The notes under the pieces are model-generated. The model did not search any database. It was not told where the DNA came from and saw nothing but the letters and a program-made list of their open reading frames with translations. A DNA stretch of 64,000 nt from Octopus vulgaris (Eukaryota). Made by a program: the position numbers and the translations under genes. Below, one piece after another: positions 39,055 through 53,808 of the stretch; position 1 is the first letter of the stretch, and each line of letters begins with the position of its first letter. The DNA lies in contig OX597820.1 in the NCBI GenBank assembly GCA_951406725.2, positions 104,780,001 through 104,844,000 of the forward strand, in the 5' to 3' direction.

Positions 39055-39109
<55 letters not shown>

Positions 39110-39360
39110 TAGAATATAGCAACAGCTTTTTGAATATATTATGTGTGTAAGTATGTGCGTGAGTGTACATATATTAAGTTGAGGGAAAAGTTCGTACACA
39201 GTGTAAAAATGAACACACACACCACAAAAATATATTAAAAACCATTATTTTTACACGGCGCACGAACTTTTTTCTCAACCTAATATACATATATAGTCGT
39301 TTAGATCACTTGCGAACTAAATAGCCATATTTTGCGTATGTATATATATATATATATATT

Positions 39361-39530
39361 ACGGAGATGTACTTACATAGCAAGTGACCTGATCTGAGAT
39401 CGTGTGCTGGACCGAAAACAATTGTAGCGTAAGCCATTTAAAGACACACAAAAACCGTGAGATTTACTTCAACTTTTAAATTTAAGTTGCCAAATATTTT
39501 CGTCATTTTGAGAGCGCGACCTGCTCACTT
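39361..39530 (-). mobile_element. PLE end of the 7465 family with G3-C8 hammerhead remnant
   Basis: GTGAGCA g gtcgcgctctcaaaatgac GAAA atat TT ggcaa at 39487-39530. Confidence 0.65.
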
Positions 39531-39633
39531 TGTATTGTGTGCGTGTGAGTGTGCGTGCGCGCGTGTATGTGTGTATGTATGTATGTATAAGTTAGAGTTG
39601 TTTAAAACCTCTAAGAGATTGTTAAATCCAAAG

Positions 39634-39688
39634 ACGTTCCTGATGATGACTACCACTACAACTGGTAAACATAAACGATAGTAAATGT
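39634..39688 (+). ncRNA. Decayed hammerhead
   Basis: acgttc CTGATGA tgactacca-ctacaac-tggtaaaca TAAA cgatag TA aatgt. Confidence 0.5.
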
Positions 39689-39785
39689 ACTATAACTACC
39701 ACTTTTCTTTACTAATTAATTAAATTATTGGCTTACTAGTGCAAACGACCAACTTCTTCCTGTTATTTTTCCTCCATTTTCTTCT

Positions 39786-39822
<37 letters not shown>

Positions 39823-40093
39823 TATAAATGCGGGTATCTAAGAGATACCACCATGCTTGAAATAGCAGTCAAAACCTGACTGTAAAACCACATCAAGTAT
39901 CCAATGCAGCACAAGGTGAAAAGACATAAGAAAAATGACCTAATAAAAATTGGATAATTCTAGACCCTGGATTTCTGCCGTTGTCAATGAAATATACCAT
40001 GAATTGTACATAAATAAACATATATATACATAAACCTACGAATACTCACATATACGCACATGTACAAGTGTGTATGTGCGCGCGCGCGCGTGT

Positions 40094-40136
<43 letters not shown>

Positions 40137-40223
40137 TGTCTGTGTGCACGTATATACAACCACCAGCTCAGGTGTCCATCGCAGTGAATATAATGACGAA
40201 TATATATAAAATACCTACATAAA

Positions 40224-40556
40224 TAAGGATAAGATCATTATTTTAAATAGCGATCAAATCTAGTGGCAGCATAGGAAGAAAAATCCTTATAGGTTATAAT
40301 AATTATCATAATTATAAATAAGGTATCTAAGAGAAATCACTATGCTTGAAATAGCAGTCAAAATCTGACTCTAAAACCACATCAAGTATTCAATAGAGCA
40401 TAAGGTAAAAAGACAAAAGAAAATGCTATTTCAAGCCTGGTGGTATTTCTTAGATACCCTTATTTATAATTTTAATGATTATTATAGCCTATAAGGTTTT
40501 TTATTCCTATGTTGCCACTAGATTTGATCGCTATTTAAAATAACGAACTTATCCTT
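40224..40556. repeat. Palindromic insertion (~130-bp arms); partial direct copy at 39817-39960
   Basis: 40225-40356 is the reverse complement of 40424-40556; microsatellite flanks. Confidence 0.75.
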
Positions 40557-40568
40557 GTGTGTGTGTGT

Positions 40569-40621
<53 letters not shown>

Positions 40622-40696
40622 CGCGTGTGTGTGCGTGTGTGTGCGTGTGTGTGTGTGCGTGTGTGCGTGTAGTTTTTGGTGTGATGTACAGAAATT

Positions 40697-41297
40697 GAAT
40701 ATTAAGAAAAAAGTCGTCAGAATTTTGGAAAAAAAAGGATCTTTTTATTTCTTCAGTATTATTAGTGCTTTTGTTCTTTTCTCGAACTTGTCAAATAAAA
40801 TTTTGTGAATGTACAAACAACTTGTTCATTTATATAAAACAGATGTTTTGGGTGGGGTTGTTTAGAAGAGAGCTGTTTTTGTTGTCTATCTATCCATCTA
40901 TCTATCTATCAGCCTATCTACCTACCTATATTTCTATCTATCCATCTCCACTGTCACCCCCCACCCCACCCCACCCCCAAAAACAATGTTCTCTTCTAAA
41001 CAAAAACCCACAAAAAACATGTTTCTTATAAATGAACAAGCTGTTTGTTGTACATTCACAAAATTTTATTTGACAAGTTTGAGAAAGGAATGAAAGCGCT
41101 AATAATAATGAAAAAATAAAAAGATTCTTTTGTGTCGGGGGGGAGTCGTTTTCTTTTTGTGCCTTATAATATAACACACTCACCGGTAAAATTTCCACTT
41201 TTTCCTATTTTTATTTCCCTAAAATTTTCGTTGCAATAGTTTTGACTCTTTTTGATTCTTTTTTTTTTTCCAAAATTCTGACGACTTTTTCTCAATG
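40697..41297. mobile_element. Long inverted-repeat (foldback/MITE-like) element
   Basis: 40701-40872 pairs with 40990-41130 plus 41266-41295; (TG)n flanks. Confidence 0.6.
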
Positions 41298-43083
41298 AGT
41301 GTGTGTGTATGTGTGTGTGTGTGTGTGTGCGTGTGTGTACGCGCATATACATACATAACTATAGATAAAGAGATATTGGACAATGTAGTACTGATCAAGT
41401 TTTAACTACCTTTCATTAAAGGTCTGCTCAATCGGCACACTGACCTTGGATTAGACAAGAACAGCACCATCTGGTCATGTAGAATTTGTATATGATACCT
41501 CTGGACCGGATCAATTCCTGGTGTATGATCAAGTCAAAGAAACGAAGATGAATATATAAATTTAACTTAAATTATGAAAATATATATTCAACCTATGAAA
41601 AATAGACAGCTTGGACTGTTGTTGTAGAGATTCAATAATAGAATAAAGACTATGATCCATGAAAACTTAATTGAATTCTGTTTATAATGATTTATAATCG
41701 TGTTTTAAAGATGGCTATATTTTAATTATAGTCGTAATTATAGTCATAGGCAATTTTTTCCTTCATACAAACATCCAATGTATTAATATTTATCTACATA
41801 CACCAAACACTTCGAGACATACCCGTCATCAGTTGTCGACTTTAGACCATCGTGATTTTGACACTTTCTGACAGCAACATTCCCTCCAGCATTGCCTAGC
41901 AACAGGAAACTATCAGAGAATGTCTATGCTGTTTTTAAAGTATCCATCTATCAACATATTTAACAAAAAAAAATTACAAAATTTGAAGATAGTTAAACCC
42001 CACATTGCGTCACAGCACTTGGGAAATTTACTTCTGCAAGAGAGTGATGTTACATACATTGTTTCCTTTCCTCACTGACTCTCGTCTCAGAAATATTGTT
42101 GTTCAGTCTTCAAGATCTACAGACAAAACCCTCTTCTTGTACCTTTAAAGTAGATAAGTAATAATGAGGTCTTCAAGGATCATCAGTAATATCGTGGAGA
42201 GAGCAATATGGTCAGTTCTAAAGGGATCACAAGGAATTTCTAGCACTGGACTTTGCAGGATTTCTGCAAATCTTTAAACTTAACTGTCTTCTGTGTCTGT
42301 ATTTTCTTCATATTCTCCTCCTGGGCAAGGTACTGTTAGTTCAAACAAGCTAACTCTTCAAGTGACATTTGATACATACCAAGATGTGTTCATGATGTGT
42401 TTACGTTGCTGATGTTGTTCTGACGTTGATAATCAAAGCTATTCCATCCGTGTCCGTCCAGTGTTTTTAGGGATATTCTAGGACTACGTTATCCAATATG
42501 TCCTTACCGTTTCTTTAAACAGCAAGTGGTGTTCATGCGGATTGCAGATGGGTTTTTTTTCCAGGACAACCTCCACACTCCGATTATTGACACAATGAGA
42601 CACTATCGACCTAACTTATTTGCACTGTCATCTTTAAAATGCATAATCAATCAACCTGACGAAATAAAAGTTACCATACAAAATTCAAGTGTCCTAATGC
42701 TTTGAAGCATTAGAACTCTCCTGTAAAGCAATTCACATTGGAGACGGCCTCACTGATGTAAAATCGACAGCTCGCTGATCACCGCAGCTGTCTGAGCCCG
42801 CAGAGCCGAGTCACTAGAGTCAGACTTCCAAGTCTGAATGGGATCGGATTGCGCAGGCTGGCTCTCACTTTAAAACTATTAAGCATAGATCGGAAGAAGA
42901 ACCCTGCAGTGTCAAGGATCAGTTAATATAACTACCTGAGGACATCCACTCTTCTTTATGATCTTCGTACGCGAAGAAAACTACCATCATACAGAAAGAA
43001 GTGAATATTCACCAAATGAAATGTATTTGTTTGATTTAATGTAGATGGATATAAGCTATTTTGGAAATGTATATCCTCTAAAA

Positions 43084-43358
43084 CAGTGCTTTTCAAACTA
43101 TCTGATGTGGCGTACCGACAGTTCCCCACCACCACCAATGTGCTAGGGACCGGTAATATTTCTTAGTAATATTAATTTATACCGGAAATAATATATAATG
43201 AATATAATAAAAGTTGACAATTTCTTTTATCTTATATTTATTTTGTAAACAAATAATACAATATTACATAAGCATTTTATAATGTTTCTTTCTTTTCTGG
43301 AAACTCGCCGCGTATCCGGCAGCTGATGTCTCGCGGACCACCACTTTGAGTAGCACTG
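43084..43358. mobile_element. hAT (Charlie-like) MITE
   Basis: TIRs cagtgcttttcaaact / actttgagtagcactg; 8-bp TSD ctctaaaa / ctctacaa. Confidence 0.8.
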
Positions 43359-44154
43359 CTCTACAACATTTACTCTGAATGAGGAAAAATGTCATTTGTA
43401 TAAATCAGCAAATGTTCGTCTCAGTTTGTTACTGGAAGTTTGAGGCTTTAAGCAAATTGAGTGTTTATGATTCTGATACTCCAGGAGTAATGAAAGACAT
43501 TATTATTAGCATCGGGGGTAGGAGAAAAGAAGAATGAGTATTGATCTTTTCTGCATTACCTTTTATGTCCATTGAGCAAGTAATGAGCCTTCGATTGACT
43601 TGCGAGGAATAACAGCTAAATCTTCCTAAAATCACACCTACTGTATTAAAAGGGAAAGATACATTGGACAGTGTAGACCTATTCCAGGTTTGATCCCCTT
43701 TTATAAGTCTGTTCAATCAGAACTAAGAGTAAACAACAACAATAACAACTGGTCAAGCAGAATTTGTGTTTGACAGCTTCAGACCGAATCAACAGACACA
43801 ACCCAAAGAGACACAACCGGAACAACGCTAATATCAATACCTCTACAATCGGGAGAGTAATAATACTTATTTACTGCATCAGACAAGAATCACAATATTG
43901 ACGATTTTGTCAGGATTTGAACTCAGAATGTAATACATTGTAAAGTCACAAATACTTAATACCGTAGAGAAAATGATTCATTGCATCAGTTTATTTACAA
44001 CTAGAAATGAACAGAAAAAGTGGCTGCAGAATATTTTCCATTAATTCAGACTGTAATTAGTGATGTTCCCTCCCGCCGCACAAAAAATCTAGATACTCAT
44101 AATTATTATAAGGAGTAAGACTACGCGTCACTAAAAATGTTTAAACGCAAGTGC

Positions 44155-44545
44155 AAGCGTGGATGTGTAATAAGAAGCTTGCTTACCAATCACATGGTTT
44201 CAGGTTCTATCCCACTGCGTGACACCTTGGGCGAGTGTCTTCTACTATAGCCTTGTGAGTGAATTTGGTAGACAGAAACTGAAAGAAGCCCGTCATGTGT
44301 GTGTGTATGGGTGTGTGCGTACGTGGTGTTTGTGTGTGTGTGTGTCTGTGTTTATCTCCCACCACGGCTTGACAACCAGGGCTGTTGTGTTTACAACCCC
44401 TAATTTAGCGGTTCGGCAAAAGGGTCCGATAGAATAAGTACTAGACTTAAGAAAAAAATATAGGTAAGGAATCAACTAAAAATTATTCAATGCGGTGCCC
44501 CAGGGTGGCCGCATTTTAATAACTGAAACAAGCAAAAGATAAAAG
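44155..44545 (+). mobile_element. tRNA-derived SINE (OR-like)
   Basis: Colinear with 31318-31690. Confidence 0.8.
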
Positions 44546-45373
44546 ATATCAAGATTTCTTACTATAAGCTTCACTCTCCACCGCATTTTTATACTTTAGT
44601 CAAGTTGGGTATACAATACAATATATTGTACTAATCTCTACTTAGGTACAAATGGTACTTAGCCTGCTCCGATCAATTCATTAAACAAACAATCCTTGAT
44701 AAAAGGAATTTAATTGTTTTCATTTTGTTATAAATAGAAACCGACGTTCATGGAGTCGGTTGCAAACCGAGACATTATTCAGATAGATTCCTAAGAGAGC
44801 TTCTAATTTATTTAATGTTCATTTGTAAATAGGACCTACAGTGGGTTGTCTGAGTGAATAGTGACCTTAGAGACAAAGTTTCGGTATAATATTGTTTCAG
44901 ATAATAATATAACAAGATGTCAGGTATCACACCTTGATTCGTTATCTGAAGTAGAGGTTGTAATCTTGAGGGTATTCTCTACCGTCATATCATCAGAACA
45001 ATCATTTAAGCTCACTGGGTTGCTTGATGCATTATCTTAAAAAGGCAATCCTTTTTGAAAATATTGCACCTGGTACTTTACCGCTTTCTACGGTTGCGCA
45101 ACGCTTCTAGCCATCCGAGCATTTTTATTTCACCATCAGTTAAAAGGTAGATTAAGTTTAGCTTAGTCATATAAATCCTTTTACATCTTTGTAGTTAAAG
45201 ACATGTGTGTGATTGTGTGTGTGCGCGCGCATGTGTGTGTGTGCGCGCGCGCGTGTGTGTGTTGTGTTTTTATGTGAAGTTAAATATTAAAACAATTTAA
45301 CATCAACGTGAAGGATTGCTCGGTAGCTTTTAGGAGAGTACACGTTTATTAAACTTTTACAAAGAGAAGAGTA

Positions 45374-45412
45374 ATAGTATCTTCGAAGTTTCGGTTTGTT
45401 CACCTTCGTCAA
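45374..45412 (-). ncRNA. Decayed hammerhead
   Basis: TTGACGA a ggt-gaacaa-acc GAAA cttcgaag; same stem III palindrome as 28391. Confidence 0.45.
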
Positions 45413-45488
45413 TCTGACTAAGCTTATAAGCTTATAAGTGAATATATGTGTGTGTGTGTGTGTGTGTATGTATATGTATATATACATA

Positions 45489-45552
<64 letters not shown>

Positions 45553-45580
45553 TATATGTATATATATACATGTGTGTATA

Positions 45581-45635
<55 letters not shown>

Positions 45636-45673
45636 TATATATGTATTTATATATATATGCATATATATGTATA

Positions 45674-46610
<937 letters not shown>

Positions 46611-46779
46611 ATATGCATATACACATAAATATATATATGTATATATATATGCATATATATGTATATATATATATATATATGTGTGCGTGTGTGTGTGTGT
46701 ATGTGTGTGTGTATGTATATATATGTAAGTATATGTATGTAAATATACATACACACACACACACACTCTCTCTCTCTCT

Positions 46780-47192
46780 CTAACCGCTCAGTCGAAGTCG
46801 ACTCTCGGTCACTCGTTGGATCAGTGTCCTCCAGTCAGTTCTATCCTGCGCCGCTTCCTTCAGACTGGCCATGTCCATTCCGGTATCACTCCTGATGGTG
46901 TCAAGCCAGCTGGTTCTTGGTCGGCCTCTTCCCCTCTTGCCACTGACCATTCTGAACATGAAGTCCTTCTCCAGGGATTCTCTCCGCATAATATGACTGA
47001 AATATGCCAATCTACGCTTGGTGATCCCAGCTTCTAGCGACATTTTCGGCCTTATCTGCTTAAGAACTTCTCCATTAGTGAGCCTCGCTGTCCATGGAAT
47101 CCGAAAAAGTCTTCTCCAACACCAAAGCTCGAATGCATTAATTCTCTTCTGGTCAGCTTTCTTTAGTGTCCAGGTCTCGCATCCCTGCGCTG
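46780..47192 (-). mobile_element. RTE-clade LINE 3' end
   Basis: [54 protein letters not shown]. Confidence 0.9.
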
Positions 47193-47316
<124 letters not shown>

Positions 47317-47323
47317 TATATAC

Positions 47324-47374
<51 letters not shown>

Positions 47375-47789
47375 CATACATACATATCAAACTGAGAGAG
47401 TGAAATAGGTAAAAATGTACCCTACATATGTTTCTTAACTAGCTGAAGCGCATTATGCAAATATCATGAAATGAACTCTACTCAGCATAGCTAATTATGA
47501 AGCTGAGATTACCTTAATGAAATTTACATTGCCGCGCGAAATTCCTAAGTCAGACACAGTACAATGGTGAGTCCAACTGAAAAGTCAGTAGCAAAAATAT
47601 AAATTAAATAAATAAATAAAAATCATTAAATTAAGGAAGAGAACCAATGAGCGTTTTAGTACAAAATAAGACCCAAAATATGCAAAGAGTGAGTGTGGTT
47701 TATAGTCAAAGAGTAGGAAGAAAAGGAGAAACAGAAAGAAAGAATGGAGAAAATGATTGTTATCATTATGAGGGAGGACGAGATATTGG

Positions 47790-48775
47790 GGCAATAAAAA
47801 CTTTATCAAGACTCTAAACCACGCCTTGGTTTAGAGTAGGTTTTCCATAAAACCACAAATACAGAAAGATCTTTAACAGACGCTTAATTAAATTATCATA
47901 TAGCTGCTGCCCCAATATGAAAAGCATCAGTACCCGTAAACACCACCATGAGACCACTCCCAGTTGTAACTGTCCACTTGACCAGACAGACATGCATGAT
48001 AAACTCTGTTGTATACGAGGCATAAGTGACAGCAACGCTACGGGATAGCCTAACCGAAAAGAAAATTATATCGGGTTGTGCGAAGGCGACTTTAAAAGAC
48101 GCTATGCTAATCACCTACCTATCTTCTTTCTGGCACATGAACAAAAGTAAAGCTACAATGTTGGCTAGGCCTGTGTAGAGTTTGAAAACCAACTCTACGT
48201 TACATGCAGTCACTTGGAAAATCGTTGTAAAATCTATGTCATATGTTAATGTATCTAAAAAATACAAGTTATGCATAGTCGAAAGATCGCATATCCTTAT
48301 TTAGATGTAAGAATTCCACCGCACTGCTGAATTCCAGATCAGAAATGTTCAGAAAATGCTGGTAGACTGGAAAACACCACCCTCTCCGAATTGAGTAGCT
48401 GTATCGCAGACTTTAGACCCCTTTCGCGGATTCTATACCAACTAGCTTTGTGGCTTTACGGTCAAAGGGGACATAACTCTAATTCTCTTTTTTCTTTTCT
48501 TTGTCCATTTCTTTCACCCTTCCACATTTTGCATCAATCTCCTCGTTTTTACTCTTCTTCTATAGTCCTGATTTGTAACTTTAATGACCATGTGCTCAGA
48601 ACCCGGAGATTGCTTGGAGATACTAGGCGTATTATCAAAACCTGCCTAGAAAACATCTCCAATGTATGAATCTGTACGTAGCTCAAAACTATATACTGTC
48701 TATATTAAACAATATTTATCTCTCACCGAATGGAGTACTTTTTTGTTGGACTTACCTTAACGGAAAAGTAAACTA
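47790..48775 (+). mobile_element. Hydra-like PLE GIY-YIG and 3' end fragment
   Basis: SCCPNMKSI..CNCPLD; YIGLCEGDFKRR; WKIVVK..KLCIVE..LLNSRSEMF. Confidence 0.7.
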
Positions 48776-48778
48776 TAC

Positions 48779-48895
<117 letters not shown>

Positions 48896-49359
48896 TGTTT
48901 GTGTGTGAAATGCAGCTAAGCATTTCGCCCGGCGTACGAACGATTCTGCCAGCTCGCCGTCTTAAACTAAGAAGTGGTAATGGAAGTTGACTTGTTCACT
49001 TTAGTTGGGGAATTAAATTTAACTTATTCAAAAATTGGATGATAAGCAGTGGAAATAATTAATTTTTTGGAACTCCTTTAAGTTTTCCGTATGCTTCAGC
49101 AGTAAAGCACACTTTATGTTGGTACGAGATAAGCTGCCTATGACTAACAATTTTCTTATTCATCAAATATTTTCATTCAGGTCGAAATACATGGAATATG
49201 AAGTAATAGTTAGTTTCTTCATATTGAGTCAATTCTCCAAGAAGAAAATGTTCTTCTATATTATGAGCCTAATTATTTTTTTTTATTATTTTCGAAAATT
49301 AAATTTAAATTCTCGAACGGAAAATATCATATTATCACTAGAAATGAAGTTAGGAAAGT

Positions 49360-49446
<87 letters not shown>

Positions 49447-49589
49447 TTATTAGCTACGCAGGGCTGAACACAGAGGGGACAATACAATGTAGAACACAGG
49501 CAGCGAAAGAACACATGAGAGCAAAGCGCTCTCCCTCTCTCTCTTTCTCTCTCCCTCTCTCTCCTTCTCTCTCTCTCTCTCTCGGATTT

Positions 49590-50078
49590 ACAGGATAATG
49601 CTCAAAGTGGTTTCGTCATTCACACGTACCATCTTTGCTACATTCACCCACCTTTTATTGAAACTTTCGTGAGACAACGCTTCCCTCTATATTCTCACCT
49701 TCCTTGTCAAATGGTACTTGAAAAAGTTGATGAGCGATTGGCCAGAGAGGAAAGTGTTTGTCTCTAAACCTTTCGCACGATCCACCACACACATTCTTTC
49801 AGCATAGCCACCAGTACAATGAAAACTGCCTTGCCTTCCTGGTCAAAGGAAGGTGGCGGGGCAATATTCACGATAGACTCGGTCGACAACCGAAATCGTC
49901 CCAGACGTGACAGCAGCCGTTCGACATAAGCCCACAGGTCTGAAATGCTTGGACATTGCACGAGTGCGTGCAGAACGGTTTCGCCGCTCTGACCGCATCT
50001 CGGGAAAGTTGGTCCGGTTTTTCTCGAACCGTGCTTGTAGAGCTTATCCCGAACGGGCAATGCTTCCCGATAGCACTG
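49590..50078 (-). mobile_element. Tx1/L1-like LINE 3' fragment
   Basis: CYREALPVRDKL..PRCGQSGETVLHALVQCP..LWAYVE (zinc-knuckle region). Confidence 0.75.
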
Positions 50079-50082
50079 GATG

Positions 50083-50178
<96 letters not shown>

Positions 50179-50225
50179 TGAAGACAAATGTGGCAAAACA
50201 AAACCAGAAGAGAGAAGAAGCAATA

Positions 50226-52055
50226 CACTGAACCGCAAGAGAAACGCGAGACGTGTGTGATTGTGAAATATGTTTTAATTTCATTAAGTCAGAGATAAAT
50301 TTTGATAAATCTGATAAAGTCAATTTCTTGCCTGCACTTTAACCACAGTCTATGGGTCGTTGTCATGTGTTCTGGTAGTGGGCGGATCCAGCACATCGAG
50401 AATGTAGGGTGTGACATGTCCAATACCTATTTCTTTATTACCCACAAGGGGCTAAACATAGAGGAGACAAACATGGACAGACATAGGTATTAAGTCGATT
50501 ATATCGACCCCAGTGCTTAACTGGTACTTAATTTATCGACCCTGAAAGGATGAAAGGCAAATTCGACCTCGGCGGAATTTGAGCTCACAGCGTAACGGCA
50601 GCCGAAATACCGCTAAGCATTTCGCCCGACGTGCTAACGTTTCTGCTAGCTCGCCGACATGTCCAATACCGTGTATGCCCTCCCTGGGTGTTCAAAACGG
50701 CCATACACCGTCGGTACATGGAGTGCATGATGCGGCTCACAAAAGCCATTGGCTTTTCCTACACCCTGAGGAAAGCTGCCTCCAGTTCCTACACCTGTTC
50801 CTACACCCTGAGGAAAGCTGCCTCCAGTTCCTACACCTGTTCCTACACCCTGAGGAAAGCTGCCTCCAGTTCCGCAGGTGTTGTCGGCCTTCTGGTCCAG
50901 TCGTCTCTAGATTTCATCCCACAGGTGTTCAATTGGGTTCAAATCCGGGATGTGAGCCGGACATGGCATTGTTCTGGTGTTGTGCTGGCGTAGGAAGTCC
51001 ATAGTAACCCTGGCCGTGTGGGAGGGATTATTGTCCTGCTGGAATACGTGGCTATGGTGTCGCGCGACGAAGGGCATGATGTAAGGTCTTAGTATCTGGT
51101 CAACGTAGCGTTGCGTTGTGATGCTGTTCCCTCTGCATGCTGTTCCCTCTGCATGCACATTTTGGAACACATGGGGCCCAGTTCTCTGACTCAAGCCTAT
51201 AGCACCCCAAACCATGACGCTTTGGCCTCTCCACGGCACATGCGTCTCTGTAGCGGTCACCCCTCCTACGCCACACCCCCACTCTACCATCCGAGGTGGA
51301 AACGCAGTACCGGCTCTCGTCAGAGACTATCGACCTCCATTGTTGATGCTGCCAATGTCGGTGCTGTATAGCCCACTGTAGTCGTGCCTGACGGTGGTGG
51401 GCAGTGAGGACAGGCCCTCGAGCAGGACGACGGCAATGCAGGTTGTTGGCGGCTAGTCGACGTCGTACCGTGTCGCCGCTGATGGGTCGCTGTCCAGTGC
51501 CAATGGTCACGCGAGCTGTCACGCTGGCCGGTCTGAAGCGTTCAAGGAGGTGTTACAGGTAGATAAAGCTGTTCTATCGGGAAGTGGTCACCTGGGAGCG
51601 CCCTCTGCGGGTATGGTCTGCAGAGATGTTGGTGCTGTTGTATCGTTGTTGCAGGCGATAGAGGGTGCTGACATGGATATTGTAAACTTCTACAACAACC
51701 AGTGTATGCTGCCCTGCTTGCAATTGGCCGATAGCTTGTTCTCTCTGCGCTGCTGACAATCGGTTCATACCTGATGCGTCCAAATTATAAATGCCAGGAG
51801 TGCGGTTAGAGTTGATTTTTTTACCTATAACCACCACGAGATTCACGTGCATTTCGGTTTTCATGGCAATTGTTTGCCATTCCACTTATGCGTTTTGGCG
51901 TCTCGTTTCGGGGAAAGTTGAAAGGTTACCTGCAATTTGGGTCTCAGCCATAAACCAGCATATCTTGGAGTATTTACATCTCCGAAATAAATTTTCAGAA
52001 ATTGCCATATAAAAAATGACATTTGAAAACATCGCGTTTCTTTTGCGGTTCAGTG
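50226..52055 (-). mobile_element. Tc1-family DNA transposon, full length, frameshifted transposase
   Basis: 24-bp TIRs cactgaaccgcaagagaaacgcga / tcgcgtttcttttgcggttcagtg; TA on both sides; SDESR, VMVWGAI, FQQDN, PDLNPIEHLW. Confidence 0.92.
50428..50655 (-). mobile_element. OK-like SINE nested in the Tc1 copy
   Basis: 15-bp TSD gacatgtccaatacc at 50413-50427 and 50656-50670. Confidence 0.88.
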
Positions 52056-52717
52056 TATATTAATTTTATAATCAAAAGCCAGAACAGCAGAAACCTGTGG
52101 ATTCCAGTGAAAAGCTGAGAAAATGTCCACTAAAGTTTGAAACATTTCTTGACAGGATCGAGTGAAGTTTTAGGCAGAACAATTCACTAAAATCAGTGGT
52201 ACTAGGCTCCAGACGTTTTCGGGAAGTTTCGATTCGATAAATGTTTGCATGATAAATTTTATATATGAAAATAAAGGATTATTGATGTTTTCCATGTTTT
52301 CTTTTTTATTATTTTTTTTTTGTAAGTTTTTCAATTTTACGATCTAAATTTTACGATCGAAGACCCAACATCCCTCTGTAGGTACCAGACTTAAAGTCCA
52401 GTGAGAGAATATATATATAACTGGGAGTTGTTTATAAAATAGAGCAGACTGTATAATAAAAAAAACAATGAAAGAGAAATTTCAAAGGAAAGACATTTCA
52501 AAGAAAACTTGTTAAATAACGAAAGCGAAACAAATCGAATATGTATTAACGATGAGAAGTTACAACTCGTGAGTTGTTATGGAAATGTAATGTACAGACA
52601 TCTTGTAGTACGGTAGTGGTCGTGATCGTGGTCTGATCATCGTCGTCGTCGTGTTCGTGTTGGTAATGCTGATAATTAGCAGCAACAGTGGTGACGATGC
52701 ATGTTAGTGATAATTGT

Positions 52718-52798
<81 letters not shown>

Positions 52799-52954
52799 TA
52801 ATGATAGTGATGATCGCAGGAGGAGCTATAAGTTGTGTAGGTGTTTGTTGGTTGGGTATGATGCTAAATAATGGCGGTGGTGTCACGAAAGAAGATAGCG
52901 GCAAAATATATAATGATGTGGAATGGAAAAGTAAAATTGAGGTAATATTGAAAG

Positions 52955-53007
<53 letters not shown>

Positions 53008-53738
53008 GAGAGAGAGGGGGAGAGAAAAGGAGAAAACAGATGAGGGCCTGACGAAAAAAAAAAGCAGGAAAAGAACATACGATGGAAGAGAAGTGAAGAA
53101 TATATATGACATGGAGTGGTTAAAGGAGATAGAAGAAATTGTCAGAAAGAATCAAGGATGTTAAGATTTGATTGGAAAGTCGTAGGAATGGAAAGACTTC
53201 GGTGATTACAGAAGAGAGATGATGGAACGTAGGGGGATGGTTTAGAAGGATAAGTAACAGGAGTGGATATGAAAAAGTGAGAAAGGGTGTGATACTCCCA
53301 CGATAAAACGTCATCGCATCAAGATAATTAAGCTGATAAATGAAGTCTTCCTTCATTTTTTTTCTACGTTCTTTTTCTTTTTGTTTTTGTTATTGAAATT
53401 GTTGCTCTTGTTATTTTTGAAAGGTGGCGAATTGATAGATTCGTTAGAGCGTCGGTTAGATCCTCCTGCAGTGTTTGTTCTGGCTCTCTGCGCGCTAATT
53501 TCAGTCGACTTTGCTTTTCACCATTCTTGGGTCGATGAATAAAGTACCACTTCAACACTTTCATTATCTCTCTTTCTCTCTCTCTCTCTCTTTCCCTCTC
53601 TCTCTCTCTCTTTCCCTCTCTCTCTCTCTCTTTCCCTCTCTCTCTCTCTCTCTCTCTCCCTTTTTCATTCTATTTCCCTCTCTCTTTCTCTCTCTCTTTC
53701 TCTCTCCCTTTCTCTCTCTTTCTCTTTCTCTGCACGCG

Positions 53739-53808
<70 letters not shown>

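Noticed and set aside
47418-47500. Minus-strand GAAA catatg TA ggg half-hammerhead
   Set aside because: No recognisable CUGAnGA-type core upstream; too decayed to count.
50756-50872. Regular 42-bp repeats as CRISPR-like
   Set aside because: No unique spacers; a simple tandem duplication inside Tc1 in eukaryotic DNA.
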